A DNA stretch of 46,389 bases from a virus. Its lineage: Duplodnaviria; Caudoviricetes. The stretch is taken from the IMG/VR virus record IMGVR_UViG_3300037851_001501, positions 1-46,389 of that record; one strand, 5' to 3'. Position 1 is the first letter of the stretch, and each line of letters opens with the position of its first letter. Positions 34,868 to 43,456 of the stretch are shown piece after piece. Under the pieces are notes generated by a model, which worked only from the letters and a program-made list of their open reading frames with translations, was not told where the DNA came from and searched no databases. Made by a program: the position numbers and the translations under genes.

Positions 34868-36079
34868 ATGGCGAGCATTACCCGATTGAGCGCTTTTCGG
34901 GCGCGTTTAGATGCGCTGCTGCAAAAGGTGGCGACGAGCGATCTGAGCGATGCAGATCGTGATCTGTGCGTGCGGCAGGCGATGGCGGAGTACAGCCGAG
35001 ATTATCCGCGGCGGCGGACGGCGGAGTTTGCCGGGGCCGCTAATTCGTATTATCTGCTCTATGGGCGGGCTGTGGATGTGAGCGAGGCGGGAAGAGACGC
35101 GGGGATTAAGGTGACATCCTCGGGGGCGGATCAGCAGTTGGGGATCAAGTTCACGCTGACGCGGGCGATGGATGTGCACCAGGTGGCTTTATGGTTATCA
35201 CGGACGGGGGCGACGCTGGACGGTACGATGAAGGCGTCACTGTATACGGACGCGGCGGGGGCGCCCAGCAGGTTGATCGTAGATTCGAGCGAGGTAGATA
35301 TTGACGATTATGATGGCGCGCCGCAAGGGCGCTATGCGCGGGTGATGTTTCCCCTGCCGCGGGTCTTCGAGCTGGCGGCGGGCACTTATCACGCGGTGTT
35401 AAGCACGAGCGGTTATACCCATGTGAACGGGAGCGCGGAGCTACTGGTGGGGGTAGATCAAGGCGATGTGACCAATACGGTCAGCACATATAACGGGTCA
35501 GCCTGGAGCGCGTACGGCACGGCGAGCGCGGGGATCATCGAGGTAACGGCGAGCCTGCCCGGGTGGCGGGAAGGGAGCGGGGGTATTGTGTCGGTGGAGT
35601 ATCCGGCGGCAGATACGAGCTTGAATGAGGAGCCGCAATTGCTTGACGGGGAGGATTACGGGCTGTTCGAGACGGAGCAGGGGACGTGGCTGCGCCTGTA
35701 CGGGTATAGCCCAGCCAGTACAGAGACGGTGAGGCTGGTGTATAGCACGCCTTATCGCTGGGTGGAGGCGGCGGACGCGGCGATTGATCTGCCAGATTAC
35801 CACTTCGAGGCGGTGTGCAATCTGGCGGGTGCGGCGGCGTGCGAGTGGCTGGCAACAGGGTATGGGCAGAAGCGCGAGCCGAGTATTTCGGCGGATTCCG
35901 TGGAGCGGAGGACGCAGAGCGACGTTTATTTGAGTCTGGCAAACCATTTCCGAAAGGCGTATCGATTCCTGATCGGGGAGGGTAAGCGGGAGAGGTTGCC
36001 GGGTATGGCGATAGTGGATATTGATTTGGGGCCGAGCGTAGGCAACGATTTCTTATTCCACCGGAAGGGAGGGCGGTGA
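34868..36079 (+). CDS. Head-tail adaptor-like protein with inserted beta-sandwich domain
   Basis: Helical N- and C-terminal parts (AMAEYSRDYP; EAVCNLAGA..C..LA) around a beta-rich insert. Confidence 0.55.
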   Translation: MASITRLSAFRARLDALLQKVATSDLSDADRDLCVRQAMAEYSRDYPRRRTAEFAGAANSYYLLYGRAVDVSEAGRDAGIKVTSSGADQQLGIKFTLTRAMDVHQVALWLSRTGATLDGTMKASLYTDAAGAPSRLIVDSSEVDIDDYDGAPQGRYARVMFPLPRVFELAAGTYHAVLSTSGYTHVNGSAELLVGVDQGDVTNTVSTYNGSAWSAYGTASAGIIEVTASLPGWREGSGGIVSVEYPAADTSLNEEPQLLDGEDYGLFETEQGTWLRLYGYSPASTETVRLVYSTPYRWVEAADAAIDLPDYHFEAVCNLAGAAACEWLATGYGQKREPSISADSVERRTQSDVYLSLANHFRKAYRFLIGEGKRERLPGMAIVDIDLGPSVGNDFLFHRKGGR

Positions 36080-36615
36080 TGGCCGGTATTGCGTTCAACG
36101 TGGATTATTCCGACCTGGTGCGGCTGGCGCAGGCGATTCCGGGAGCGGAGGTCATCCTGAGTGAGGAGTTAGAGCTGGTGATGGATGATAGCGGGATGGC
36201 GCTGACGACGATGACGGCGGCGCGGACGCCGGTCAATTATGGGCTGTTGCGCAGCGCGATCGCAAATGGGGCGGGGTTTGAGCGGCAGGGGAACGTGTTG
36301 GACGAGCTGAGGGGGATTGTGGGGGCGAACAGCGCGGTGTCGATGTCTGGCGCTGTGGCGTCTACATACGTGTGGTACGTGGAGGAGGATACGGCGCCGC
36401 ATTGGGCGCCCGTTGCGCCGCTGAAGTTGTGGGCGATGCGCAAGCTGGGGGATGAGCGCGCGGCATGGCGTATCCGGTTCAAGATTGCGCACCAGGGGAC
36501 GAAGGGGAAGCACATGTTCCGGCGGGCATGGGACGAGGGGGGGAGCGAGCTGGTAACGAGGTTATTCAACCTGGTGCCAGAGCGGGCGTTGAGGCGCTGG
36601 GAAGGGACGGTGTAG
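36076..36615 (+). CDS. HK97 gp10-like neck/tail completion protein
   Basis: TPVNYGLLRSAI, YVWYVE..T.PHWAP, IAHQGTKG..MF. Confidence 0.8.
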   Translation: MMAGIAFNVDYSDLVRLAQAIPGAEVILSEELELVMDDSGMALTTMTAARTPVNYGLLRSAIANGAGFERQGNVLDELRGIVGANSAVSMSGAVASTYVWYVEEDTAPHWAPVAPLKLWAMRKLGDERAAWRIRFKIAHQGTKGKHMFRRAWDEGGSELVTRLFNLVPERALRRWEGTV

Positions 36616-36616
36616 G

Positions 36617-37108
36617 TTGGCTTATAGCGAGGCGAGCATCCGGGCGCAGATTAAGACAGTACTGGAGGGGGTGAGCAACGCGGGGGTGGTGTACGACTAT
36701 GAGCGTTACAGTAACGATTGGTCGGCATTACTGGAGCAGTTCAGGACGACGATCAATGGGGTGGAGCAGATTCGGGCGTGGATGATTTCGCTGGACCCGG
36801 GGCAGAGTATGCGCCAGGAGCTGATCGGGTTTGAGGGGACGGGCGGGGGGGAGAACATTCTGGTGACGTATTCTTACCGCATTCGTGGGTTCATGGGGGT
36901 GGACGATGCGGCGGAAAGCGAGAAGACGTTTACGGCGCTGGCGCTGGCGGTGATGGAGGCGTTGGAGGCAGACGCGACGTTGATGGGGAAGGAGCTGATA
37001 CGCGACACGCCGATTGTGGCAAGTATGACGATGAATTATACGATGCTGGCCGGGGTGCTGTGTCATGGTGTGGAAATCAGGGTCAATCCGCAAGAGGTGG
37101 TGGGTTAG
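36617..37108 (+). CDS. Putative tail terminator
   Basis: Position after the gp10-like gene; IR.QI...L pattern; TTG start. Confidence 0.6.
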   Translation: MAYSEASIRAQIKTVLEGVSNAGVVYDYERYSNDWSALLEQFRTTINGVEQIRAWMISLDPGQSMRQELIGFEGTGGGENILVTYSYRIRGFMGVDDAAESEKTFTALALAVMEALEADATLMGKELIRDTPIVASMTMNYTMLAGVLCHGVEIRVNPQEVVG

Positions 37109-37144
37109 CGCCCTCACCCTGCCCTCTCCCGAAGGGAGAGGGGG
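37107..37144. repeat. REP-like palindrome, copy 2
   Basis: AGCGCCCTCACCCTGCCCTCTCCC-GAA-GGGAGAGGG. Confidence 0.8.
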
Positions 37145-37159
37145 TAATTGGAGGAAGCG

Positions 37160-37390
37160 ATGTATCGAGTGGTAATCGGGTTCAATGTGAGGCTGGAGGT
37201 TGGGGAGACGCTGCGAAAGGGGGCGGGTAAGGTGCAGAAGGTGGGGACAGGGGGCGGGTCGGAATGGGAGGAGGCGCGGTTCGAGGCAGGGGAGCGGGTG
37301 GAGAAATTGCCGAAGCTGGCGGATGTGGCTTATTTGGTCGGGTGCGGGGCGTTGATCCAGGAGAAGGGTGCGGAGGTGAAGGATGAGTAA
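37160..37390 (+). CDS. Small hypothetical tail-region protein
   Basis: GGAGG RBS; overlaps the next gene. Confidence 0.6.
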   Translation: MYRVVIGFNVRLEVGETLRKGAGKVQKVGTGGGSEWEEARFEAGERVEKLPKLADVAYLVGCGALIQEKGAEVKDE

Positions 37391-38108
37391 GACTGCGGGG
37401 CGTTTCGTACAGATATTGTTTGGCGGGTACGATCTGAGCGGGAGATCGAACCAGTTCAACGCGGAGGCGTCTTATGGGGAGATAGACGGGGCGGCATTTG
37501 GGGAGGGTGCGGATAATTCGTATCCGGGGATGCCGAGGGGGATGGTGGAGGCGACTACGCTGCTGGACCCGGAGACGGCGAGCAGCCATGAGGCGCTGAG
37601 CAGTCCAGGCGGGTACAGCGATAAGGTGTTGATGATTCTGCTGGGGCATAATACGACACCGACCATTGGGGATGCGGTGATAGCGCTGCTATGCAAGCAG
37701 TTCAAATATGCGCCGAAGGTACAGGTGAAGGCGGGGGTGTTGGCGGATGCAAATTTCTTGCACGCGGGGAAGGCGCTGGATTTCGCCAAGGCGCTGGCGA
37801 ACACGACAATCACAAATACGACTAACTTTGCGAGCGTGGACGCGGGGGCGGCGACAGCCAACGGGTATGCGGGGTATTTGCAGATCACGACGCCGGTAGC
37901 GAGCGATGTGTATGCGATCAAGCTGCAACACAGCACGGACAACTCGACGTGGGTGGACCTGGCGAGTTTCGCGGCGAACGGGCAGACGCGGACGAGCGAG
38001 CGGATCGAGGGGACGGGGACGGTGAACCGTTACCGGCGGTGCGTGGCGACGCGCTCTTCTGGGACGGGGCAGACGCTGGGGCTGACGGCGGCGATTGCGG
38101 CGATTTAG
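37383..38108 (+). CDS. Tail tube-like protein with C-terminal beta domain
   Basis: N-terminus (AGRF...DLS...YGEID...FGEG..NS.PGMP) is paralogous to 39793-40233. Confidence 0.7.
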   Translation: MSKTAGRFVQILFGGYDLSGRSNQFNAEASYGEIDGAAFGEGADNSYPGMPRGMVEATTLLDPETASSHEALSSPGGYSDKVLMILLGHNTTPTIGDAVIALLCKQFKYAPKVQVKAGVLADANFLHAGKALDFAKALANTTITNTTNFASVDAGAATANGYAGYLQITTPVASDVYAIKLQHSTDNSTWVDLASFAANGQTRTSERIEGTGTVNRYRRCVATRSSGTGQTLGLTAAIAAI

Positions 38109-38130
38109 GGCCGCTAAGGAGACTTAGCAG

Positions 38131-39780
38131 ATGAAGCTGGCCGGACGTTTCTTGAAGGTGTGGATTGACGATGCGAGCGGTACGCCGCGGGATGTGAGCG
38201 CGGACATCGAGAGCGTGGAGATCCCGGAGGGGTACGGCGAGCTGGATATGACCGGGATGGGGCAAGGGGGGGAGGATGCAGCGCCGGGGATGCCGGGCTT
38301 TCCAGTGGAGATGGTGGGGATGTTCAATCCGGCGGCGACGACGGGGCTGTTCACGGTGCTGAGCGGGATCATCGGGCAGTATGCAAGCAAGACGGTGACG
38401 ATTCAGGTGGGGAACAATGCGGCGCCGACGGCGACGGATCCGATCTTCGAGGGAGAGTTCTGGTTGCAGAAGATGTCTCCGGGGGCGGTGGTGAAGGGGA
38501 AGAAGGCATTGAAGGCGAGCTTCAAGCCGATGGGTGGGACTGCGCCGAGCTGGTGGACGACGGTGAGCGCGCCGGCGACATGGAGCCGGAGTCTGCCGTT
38601 TACGGTGCAACGGAATTGCCGGGTATTCCGAGCCTCGCCGGCGACATGGAGCATTGGGATGAATAAGCCGGTGGGGAAGGCTTATTACGTAAGCATGACG
38701 GGGAGCGACAGCAACGATGGGCTGACGGCAGCCACGCCGTTGCGGAGGGTAAGCACGGCGATCAATAAGGCGGACGTGGTGATGATTTATGTGGAGGCGG
38801 GGGTCTATGATTTCGATAATTCGTGGGCGACGATTGTCGCGGCGAAGAATCTGTCTATTATCGCGACGGGGGGAAGGGCGGTGTTCTCGGCGCGGTATGC
38901 AGGGCTGGCGTGGGCTAACGTGGGCAGCGATACGTATTCGACGAGCCGGACGAATGTGGCATGGGTGTACGATGCGAATGCGGAGCTGCGGGAGGCGAAC
39001 GGGTTGTACAAGAAGCTGGCGGCGGCGGCTTCGTTAGCGGAATGCCAAGCGACGGCGGGCAGTTTCTATTATGCAACGCCAATCCTGTATGTGCATTTGA
39101 GCGACGGTAGAGCGCCGGATGGCGACTGCCTGGTGATGATTGGGGCTGTGTCTGTATCCATGAATGTGTTCCGAGGGGCTTATACGCTGTACTGCGAGGG
39201 AATTGACTTCGAGGGGGGCTATAACAATGCGATGAGTATCTACTACAACGGGGGAGCGCCGACGGGTTACTTCGCCGACTGCACTTTCAGGTATTCGGCG
39301 AACGATAACGGTTTGGGAGCTTCGGGGGCGCAGTTGTATCTGCAAGATTGCGTGGCGGAGGGCAATTATAACGATGGGTTCACTTATGGGCTGTTGACGG
39401 TTAACAGCCATGCGGTGGAGATTGACTGCGTAGGCAGGTACAACGGGGAGAGCGGGGATATTAACAACGGGAGTACGATACATTACGGGAGTGTGGTGAG
39501 GCTCAACGGGGAGTATCACGATAACGTGGGTCGGAATATCCACGATGTCAATACGGGGGTACAGAGCTGGAATTTGGGATGTTATGCGCATGACTCGGCG
39601 AGCGAGGTGAATGACTGTAATTACGCGGTGGGTACGGGAGGAACGGGGGGAGAGATGTGGCTGGATAGTGTGACGAGCGACGGCAGCACGACGGATTTGG
39701 AGGAGAACAGCGGGGCGACGCTGCTGTACCGGAATTTAATCAGCGACGGGGTGTTCTTAGGCACTCCGGCGGAATATTAA
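38131..39780 (+). CDS. Tail tube domain fused to a pectin-lyase-like beta-helix
   Basis: First ~145 aa nearly duplicate 39793-40233; then YYVS..GSDSNDG.TAATPL and N..DG beta-helix turns. Confidence 0.75.
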   Translation: MKLAGRFLKVWIDDASGTPRDVSADIESVEIPEGYGELDMTGMGQGGEDAAPGMPGFPVEMVGMFNPAATTGLFTVLSGIIGQYASKTVTIQVGNNAAPTATDPIFEGEFWLQKMSPGAVVKGKKALKASFKPMGGTAPSWWTTVSAPATWSRSLPFTVQRNCRVFRASPATWSIGMNKPVGKAYYVSMTGSDSNDGLTAATPLRRVSTAINKADVVMIYVEAGVYDFDNSWATIVAAKNLSIIATGGRAVFSARYAGLAWANVGSDTYSTSRTNVAWVYDANAELREANGLYKKLAAAASLAECQATAGSFYYATPILYVHLSDGRAPDGDCLVMIGAVSVSMNVFRGAYTLYCEGIDFEGGYNNAMSIYYNGGAPTGYFADCTFRYSANDNGLGASGAQLYLQDCVAEGNYNDGFTYGLLTVNSHAVEIDCVGRYNGESGDINNGSTIHYGSVVRLNGEYHDNVGRNIHDVNTGVQSWNLGCYAHDSASEVNDCNYAVGTGGTGGEMWLDSVTSDGSTTDLEENSGATLLYRNLISDGVFLGTPAEY

Positions 39781-39792
39781 CAGGAGGTTGAG

Positions 39793-40233
39793 ATGGCTAA
39801 GTTAGCGGGTCGGTTTTTGAAAGTGTTGATTGACGACAGCGGGGGGACGCCGCGGGATGTGAGCGCGGACATTGACAGTGTGGAGATCCCGGACGAGTAC
39901 GGCGAGTTGGATATGACGGGCTTTGGGGAAGGCTCGGAGAACAGCGCGCCGGGGATGCCGAGCTTTCCAGTGGAGATCGCGGGGATGTTCAATCCGGCGG
40001 CGACGACGGGGCTGTTCACGGTGCTGAGCGGGATCGTGGGGGGGTACACGGGTAGGACGGTGACGGTGCAGGTGGGGAATAATGCGGCGCCGACGACGGG
40101 TGACCGGGAATTCGAGGGGGAGTTCTGGCTGTCGAAGCTTGGAATATCGGCAACGCCGAAGGGTAAGACTGTAATTAAGGCGAGCTTCCGGGTGATGGGG
40201 AGCACTGCGCCGGCGTGGGGTACGGTGTCATGA
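39793..40233 (+). CDS. Major tail tube protein
   Basis: 146 aa, directly before the chaperone; strong AGGAGG RBS. Confidence 0.75.
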   Translation: MAKLAGRFLKVLIDDSGGTPRDVSADIDSVEIPDEYGELDMTGFGEGSENSAPGMPSFPVEIAGMFNPAATTGLFTVLSGIVGGYTGRTVTVQVGNNAAPTTGDREFEGEFWLSKLGISATPKGKTVIKASFRVMGSTAPAWGTVS

Positions 40234-40547
40234 TGAGCGAGGAGCGCGTGGAGGCTACGGCACCCATCCGACTGCAATACCAGGCGGCGGGCTTCGAGGC
40301 GACGGTGACTTTTAAGGGGGAGGGGTGGAAGTATAAGCACTTGCGCCTATGGGAGGAGGCGCAGGGGGCGGGGATGTTGGCGGAGGTGATTTCGGAGCGG
40401 ATCGTAGGGTGGAGTATGCCAGACGGGACGCCATTCGAGGCGGGACCCGAGGCGCTGGACAATCTGCATCCGACGCTGGCGAACTGGTTGGTGAGGGCAT
40501 ACCGGGATGCGTATAACCGTGCGGGGATGCCGGACCCAAACGGATAG
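40230..40547 (+). CDS. Tail assembly chaperone (G)
   Basis: IVGWS..DG.P motif; ends DPNG* over a slippery heptamer. Confidence 0.75.
   Translation: MMSEERVEATAPIRLQYQAAGFEATVTFKGEGWKYKHLRLWEEAQGAGMLAEVISERIVGWSMPDGTPFEAGPEALDNLHPTLANWLVRAYRDAYNRAGMPDPNG
40535..40541 (+). other. -1 programmed ribosomal frameshift site C CCA AAC
   Basis: In-frame X XXY YYZ heptamer; the -1 frame stays open to 40807. Confidence 0.75.
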
Positions 40548-40807
40548 TCGCGGCGGCGGACGCAGGTCAGTTTGCCGACCGCGAGAGGATTTCAAGCCGG
40601 CTGGAGAGGACGTTGCTGTGCGAACGGTTGAATTGGCGCGTGCTGCCGTGGGAGCTGGACGAGGTAGACTTGCGGGAGCTGCGGGGGGCGCTGTACGAGG
40701 CTTATGTGTACCGTGTGTTTGCGCAGTACGGGAGGGATATGGGCATGCTGAGCGAGGAGGAGGTAGAGCTGGCGGCATGGGTGGAGGAGTTGAGGGAGCG
40801 AGGTTAG
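40541..40807 (+). CDS. Tail assembly chaperone GT extension (-1 frame)
   Basis: RIVAAADAGQ...LLCERLNWRVLPWELDE, reached by frameshift. Confidence 0.7.
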   Translation, partial: RIVAAADAGQFADRERISSRLERTLLCERLNWRVLPWELDEVDLRELRGALYEAYVYRVFAQYGRDMGMLSEEEVELAAWVEELRERG

Positions 40808-40853
40808 TTGGGGAGTTTGGGAAAGGGGTGGCGCTCACGCAGGCTTTCTCTTG

Positions 40854-40898
40854 CCCTCACCCCGCCCCTCTCCCAAAGGGAGAGGGGCGGGGTGAGGG
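40854..40898. repeat. REP-like palindrome, copy 3 (perfect 21-bp stem)
   Basis: CCCTCACCCCGCCCCTCTCCC-AAA-GGGAGAGGGGCGGGGTGAGGG. Confidence 0.85.
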
Positions 40899-40970
40899 GG
40901 GTAAGAGAGGGGGAAGATGAAGAGAGGGGACCCGGGTAGGGCTGATAATGATAGTTAGCGAAGGTGAAAC

Positions 40971-43448
40971 ATGGATTATGTGGCGTCTTTGGTGAAGGGC
41001 AGGCGTGAGTTTGATCTGGGGGGGAATGGGGTGTTCAAGCTGGGGAGGGGTTTCATGCCGCCGGCAGTTGCGGAGAGTTATAGCATTGCGGACGGGACGG
41101 CGGGGAACGCGTACGGGGGCGGTCGGCGGGTGGGAAGGAAGGGGAGCGTGATGCAGTATGCGCTGCCGCTGCACGCGGAGGGGGGATCAAACGCGGGGAT
41201 CGAGCGGGGGCTGGACGAGTTGAATTCGTTTTTGGGGGAGGCGGGGGACGAGCATGAGCCAGTGTATTTTCGGTTCAGGCCGAAGTCTTCGATGGGGGGC
41301 GAGCCGCTGCTGGGGTCGGCGGATGCTTCGCGGCAGGTGAAGGTGCTGGGAGGCAGGGTGTTTAAGGGGGATACGTATTGGCAGGGGCGGACGCGGGAGG
41401 CGAGGGTGGCAAACTGCCAGGCGCTGTTGACGCTGGATCCGATTTTGGAGAGCGCGGTGGATCAGTATGCGGGGAGCGCAATGGGGGGAGTAATTGAAGA
41501 TTGGGTGGGGACGGTGAATGGGTTCAGCCGGGGGGTGATTGTGGCGCCGGCGGTGGATAATCGGTTTCCGAACCCGATATTCAGTCATGGGACGTATGAC
41601 ACGGGGTGGAGCGTGACAAACGCGGCGCTGTTAAAGACGCGCGTGACGGAGAAGAGACTGCGGCTGTTTGGGGCGGCGAGCGTGCTGTTGATTAACACGG
41701 CAGCGACAGATCATGCATTGGTCAGTTGGTTGACGCTGACGGTGGCTACATACACGGTGAGTTTTTATGTGCGCAAGGCGGATGGATCGGCAGTGACGAG
41801 CGCGGATTGCGTGGTGTGGAACGAGGTGGAGGTAACTTCGACGTTTACGCACGTAGGGAATGGGTGGTACCGAGTTTCGGGAAGTTTCACGGGGGCGGCG
41901 AGCGCGAAGAGCATCGGGATTAGGGTGAAGGCGCGAAAGATGCTTTACGCAGACGGTTTCCAATGCGAGCTGGGGGATTATGCCACGCCGTTGTGCCACG
42001 GTGATCTATTCGGGCATAGCTGGTCGGGAACGCAGCACAACTCTACAAGCAGCCGGGCCGTGGGGCGTTTGCGCTACGATGAGTGGGTGTTAAAGGCACG
42101 CGATTTTACGTGGTGGGTAGCGGTGAAGGTTAATCGAAGCAGCGCGGCTATTGGGAGCAACGTGCGCCTATTGTACGAGGAGACGAGTAATGCGCGTCTT
42201 TCGGTGGAGGCGAGCACAGGGAGGGTTCTGTGGACGGATAACGTGAATACGGCGAACGGGGCGGCAACGGCATTTGCGGCGGGGGATATACTAATCATTC
42301 ATGCTACGCTGGATGATGGCGGTCTAAAGCTGTACCGCAACGGGGCGGCAGACGGAAGCGGAAGTGCAGCTTTTGAGGTACTGAGTGGAGCGACGCGGTT
42401 GTATATCGGTTCTTCGGACAGCCCTGCGGAACATTGCGGGTTTACCTTCTTGGGGGCGGGGACGCGGGATCGGGCAATGAGCGCGGGGGAGGTGGCGGCG
42501 CATTATGCGGATATGGCGGAGCGGGCGCGGGGGGGCGATGGGCTGGGGCAGCGGGTGGACTGGCTGCCGTACCTGCACACGGAGGACGGGGACGGGACGC
42601 TGGATAACGCGGATGACAGTACGCGTGAGAACACGGGGGTGATTGCGGGTGTGGCGGGGAATATGCCGGCGCGGACGATGTTCAGGCTGTATACACCCAA
42701 TTTAAGCACTAGCGTGTGGCTGGGGCTGCACAGCGACCGGCTGGATGATTTTCAGAAGATGGCGCGGCGGTGGTATCTTGAGGCGAGCGGGACGGCGGAC
42801 GCAAACGCGAGTGGAGGAGAATATGAGAGCATGTCTGCGCCGACGGGGACGAGGCCATTTGTGGAGATTGCGGTAGATACACCCGATAATGTGCGCGGGG
42901 AATTTCACTACTTTCTGAGGGCGAAGCGTTCAGCGGCGGCAGAGGCTGCGGCGGGGTATTATCTTCAATACAACGGCGGGTATATATGGCTGGAGGCGAA
43001 TAAGGTGCTCAACCCGACGACGAGCTACCGGTGGTGGTATTTGGGGAAGCTGTCGTTCGAGCCGCCGGCGCGGATGATGCCGGAGAACGAATTGAACTTG
43101 AACCTAGGCATCAACATCGAGGATTTGAATGCGAGCGGGAGTTTCCATTTCGATTATGGGATGGTCATTAATGGGAAGGTGGCGAAGCTCAATTTAGAAC
43201 TAACGTCACGGCCGGGAGAGACGAAAGTGGCTTCGGCGTATCCCAATTATCTCCGGGTGCAAGGGAAGCAGGTGATCCTAGATGTCGGCGTGTTCTTGGG
43301 TTATTTGCAGGGGGACGTGATCGAGGTGGAGCCGGAGCGGTATAACCTGCTGACGGGGGCGCTGGCGGACGATGGTGGGCTGCATGTGTTGACGGCAGGA
43401 ATCACGGTGAGCGAGGTGCGGATCACGCCGCGGTGGGCGTTGATGTAG
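40971..43448 (+). CDS. Distal tail/receptor-binding protein with carbohydrate-binding and LamG-like domains
   Basis: YTVSFYVRK...VGNGWYRVS..Q.E.G.YATP; LKLYRNG...LYIG LamG-like; ends ITPRW. Confidence 0.65.
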   Translation: MDYVASLVKGRREFDLGGNGVFKLGRGFMPPAVAESYSIADGTAGNAYGGGRRVGRKGSVMQYALPLHAEGGSNAGIERGLDELNSFLGEAGDEHEPVYFRFRPKSSMGGEPLLGSADASRQVKVLGGRVFKGDTYWQGRTREARVANCQALLTLDPILESAVDQYAGSAMGGVIEDWVGTVNGFSRGVIVAPAVDNRFPNPIFSHGTYDTGWSVTNAALLKTRVTEKRLRLFGAASVLLINTAATDHALVSWLTLTVATYTVSFYVRKADGSAVTSADCVVWNEVEVTSTFTHVGNGWYRVSGSFTGAASAKSIGIRVKARKMLYADGFQCELGDYATPLCHGDLFGHSWSGTQHNSTSSRAVGRLRYDEWVLKARDFTWWVAVKVNRSSAAIGSNVRLLYEETSNARLSVEASTGRVLWTDNVNTANGAATAFAAGDILIIHATLDDGGLKLYRNGAADGSGSAAFEVLSGATRLYIGSSDSPAEHCGFTFLGAGTRDRAMSAGEVAAHYADMAERARGGDGLGQRVDWLPYLHTEDGDGTLDNADDSTRENTGVIAGVAGNMPARTMFRLYTPNLSTSVWLGLHSDRLDDFQKMARRWYLEASGTADANASGGEYESMSAPTGTRPFVEIAVDTPDNVRGEFHYFLRAKRSAAAEAAAGYYLQYNGGYIWLEANKVLNPTTSYRWWYLGKLSFEPPARMMPENELNLNLGINIEDLNASGSFHFDYGMVINGKVAKLNLELTSRPGETKVASAYPNYLRVQGKQVILDVGVFLGYLQGDVIEVEPERYNLLTGALADDGGLHVLTAGITVSEVRITPRWALM

Positions 43449-43456
43449 GAGGCGGT

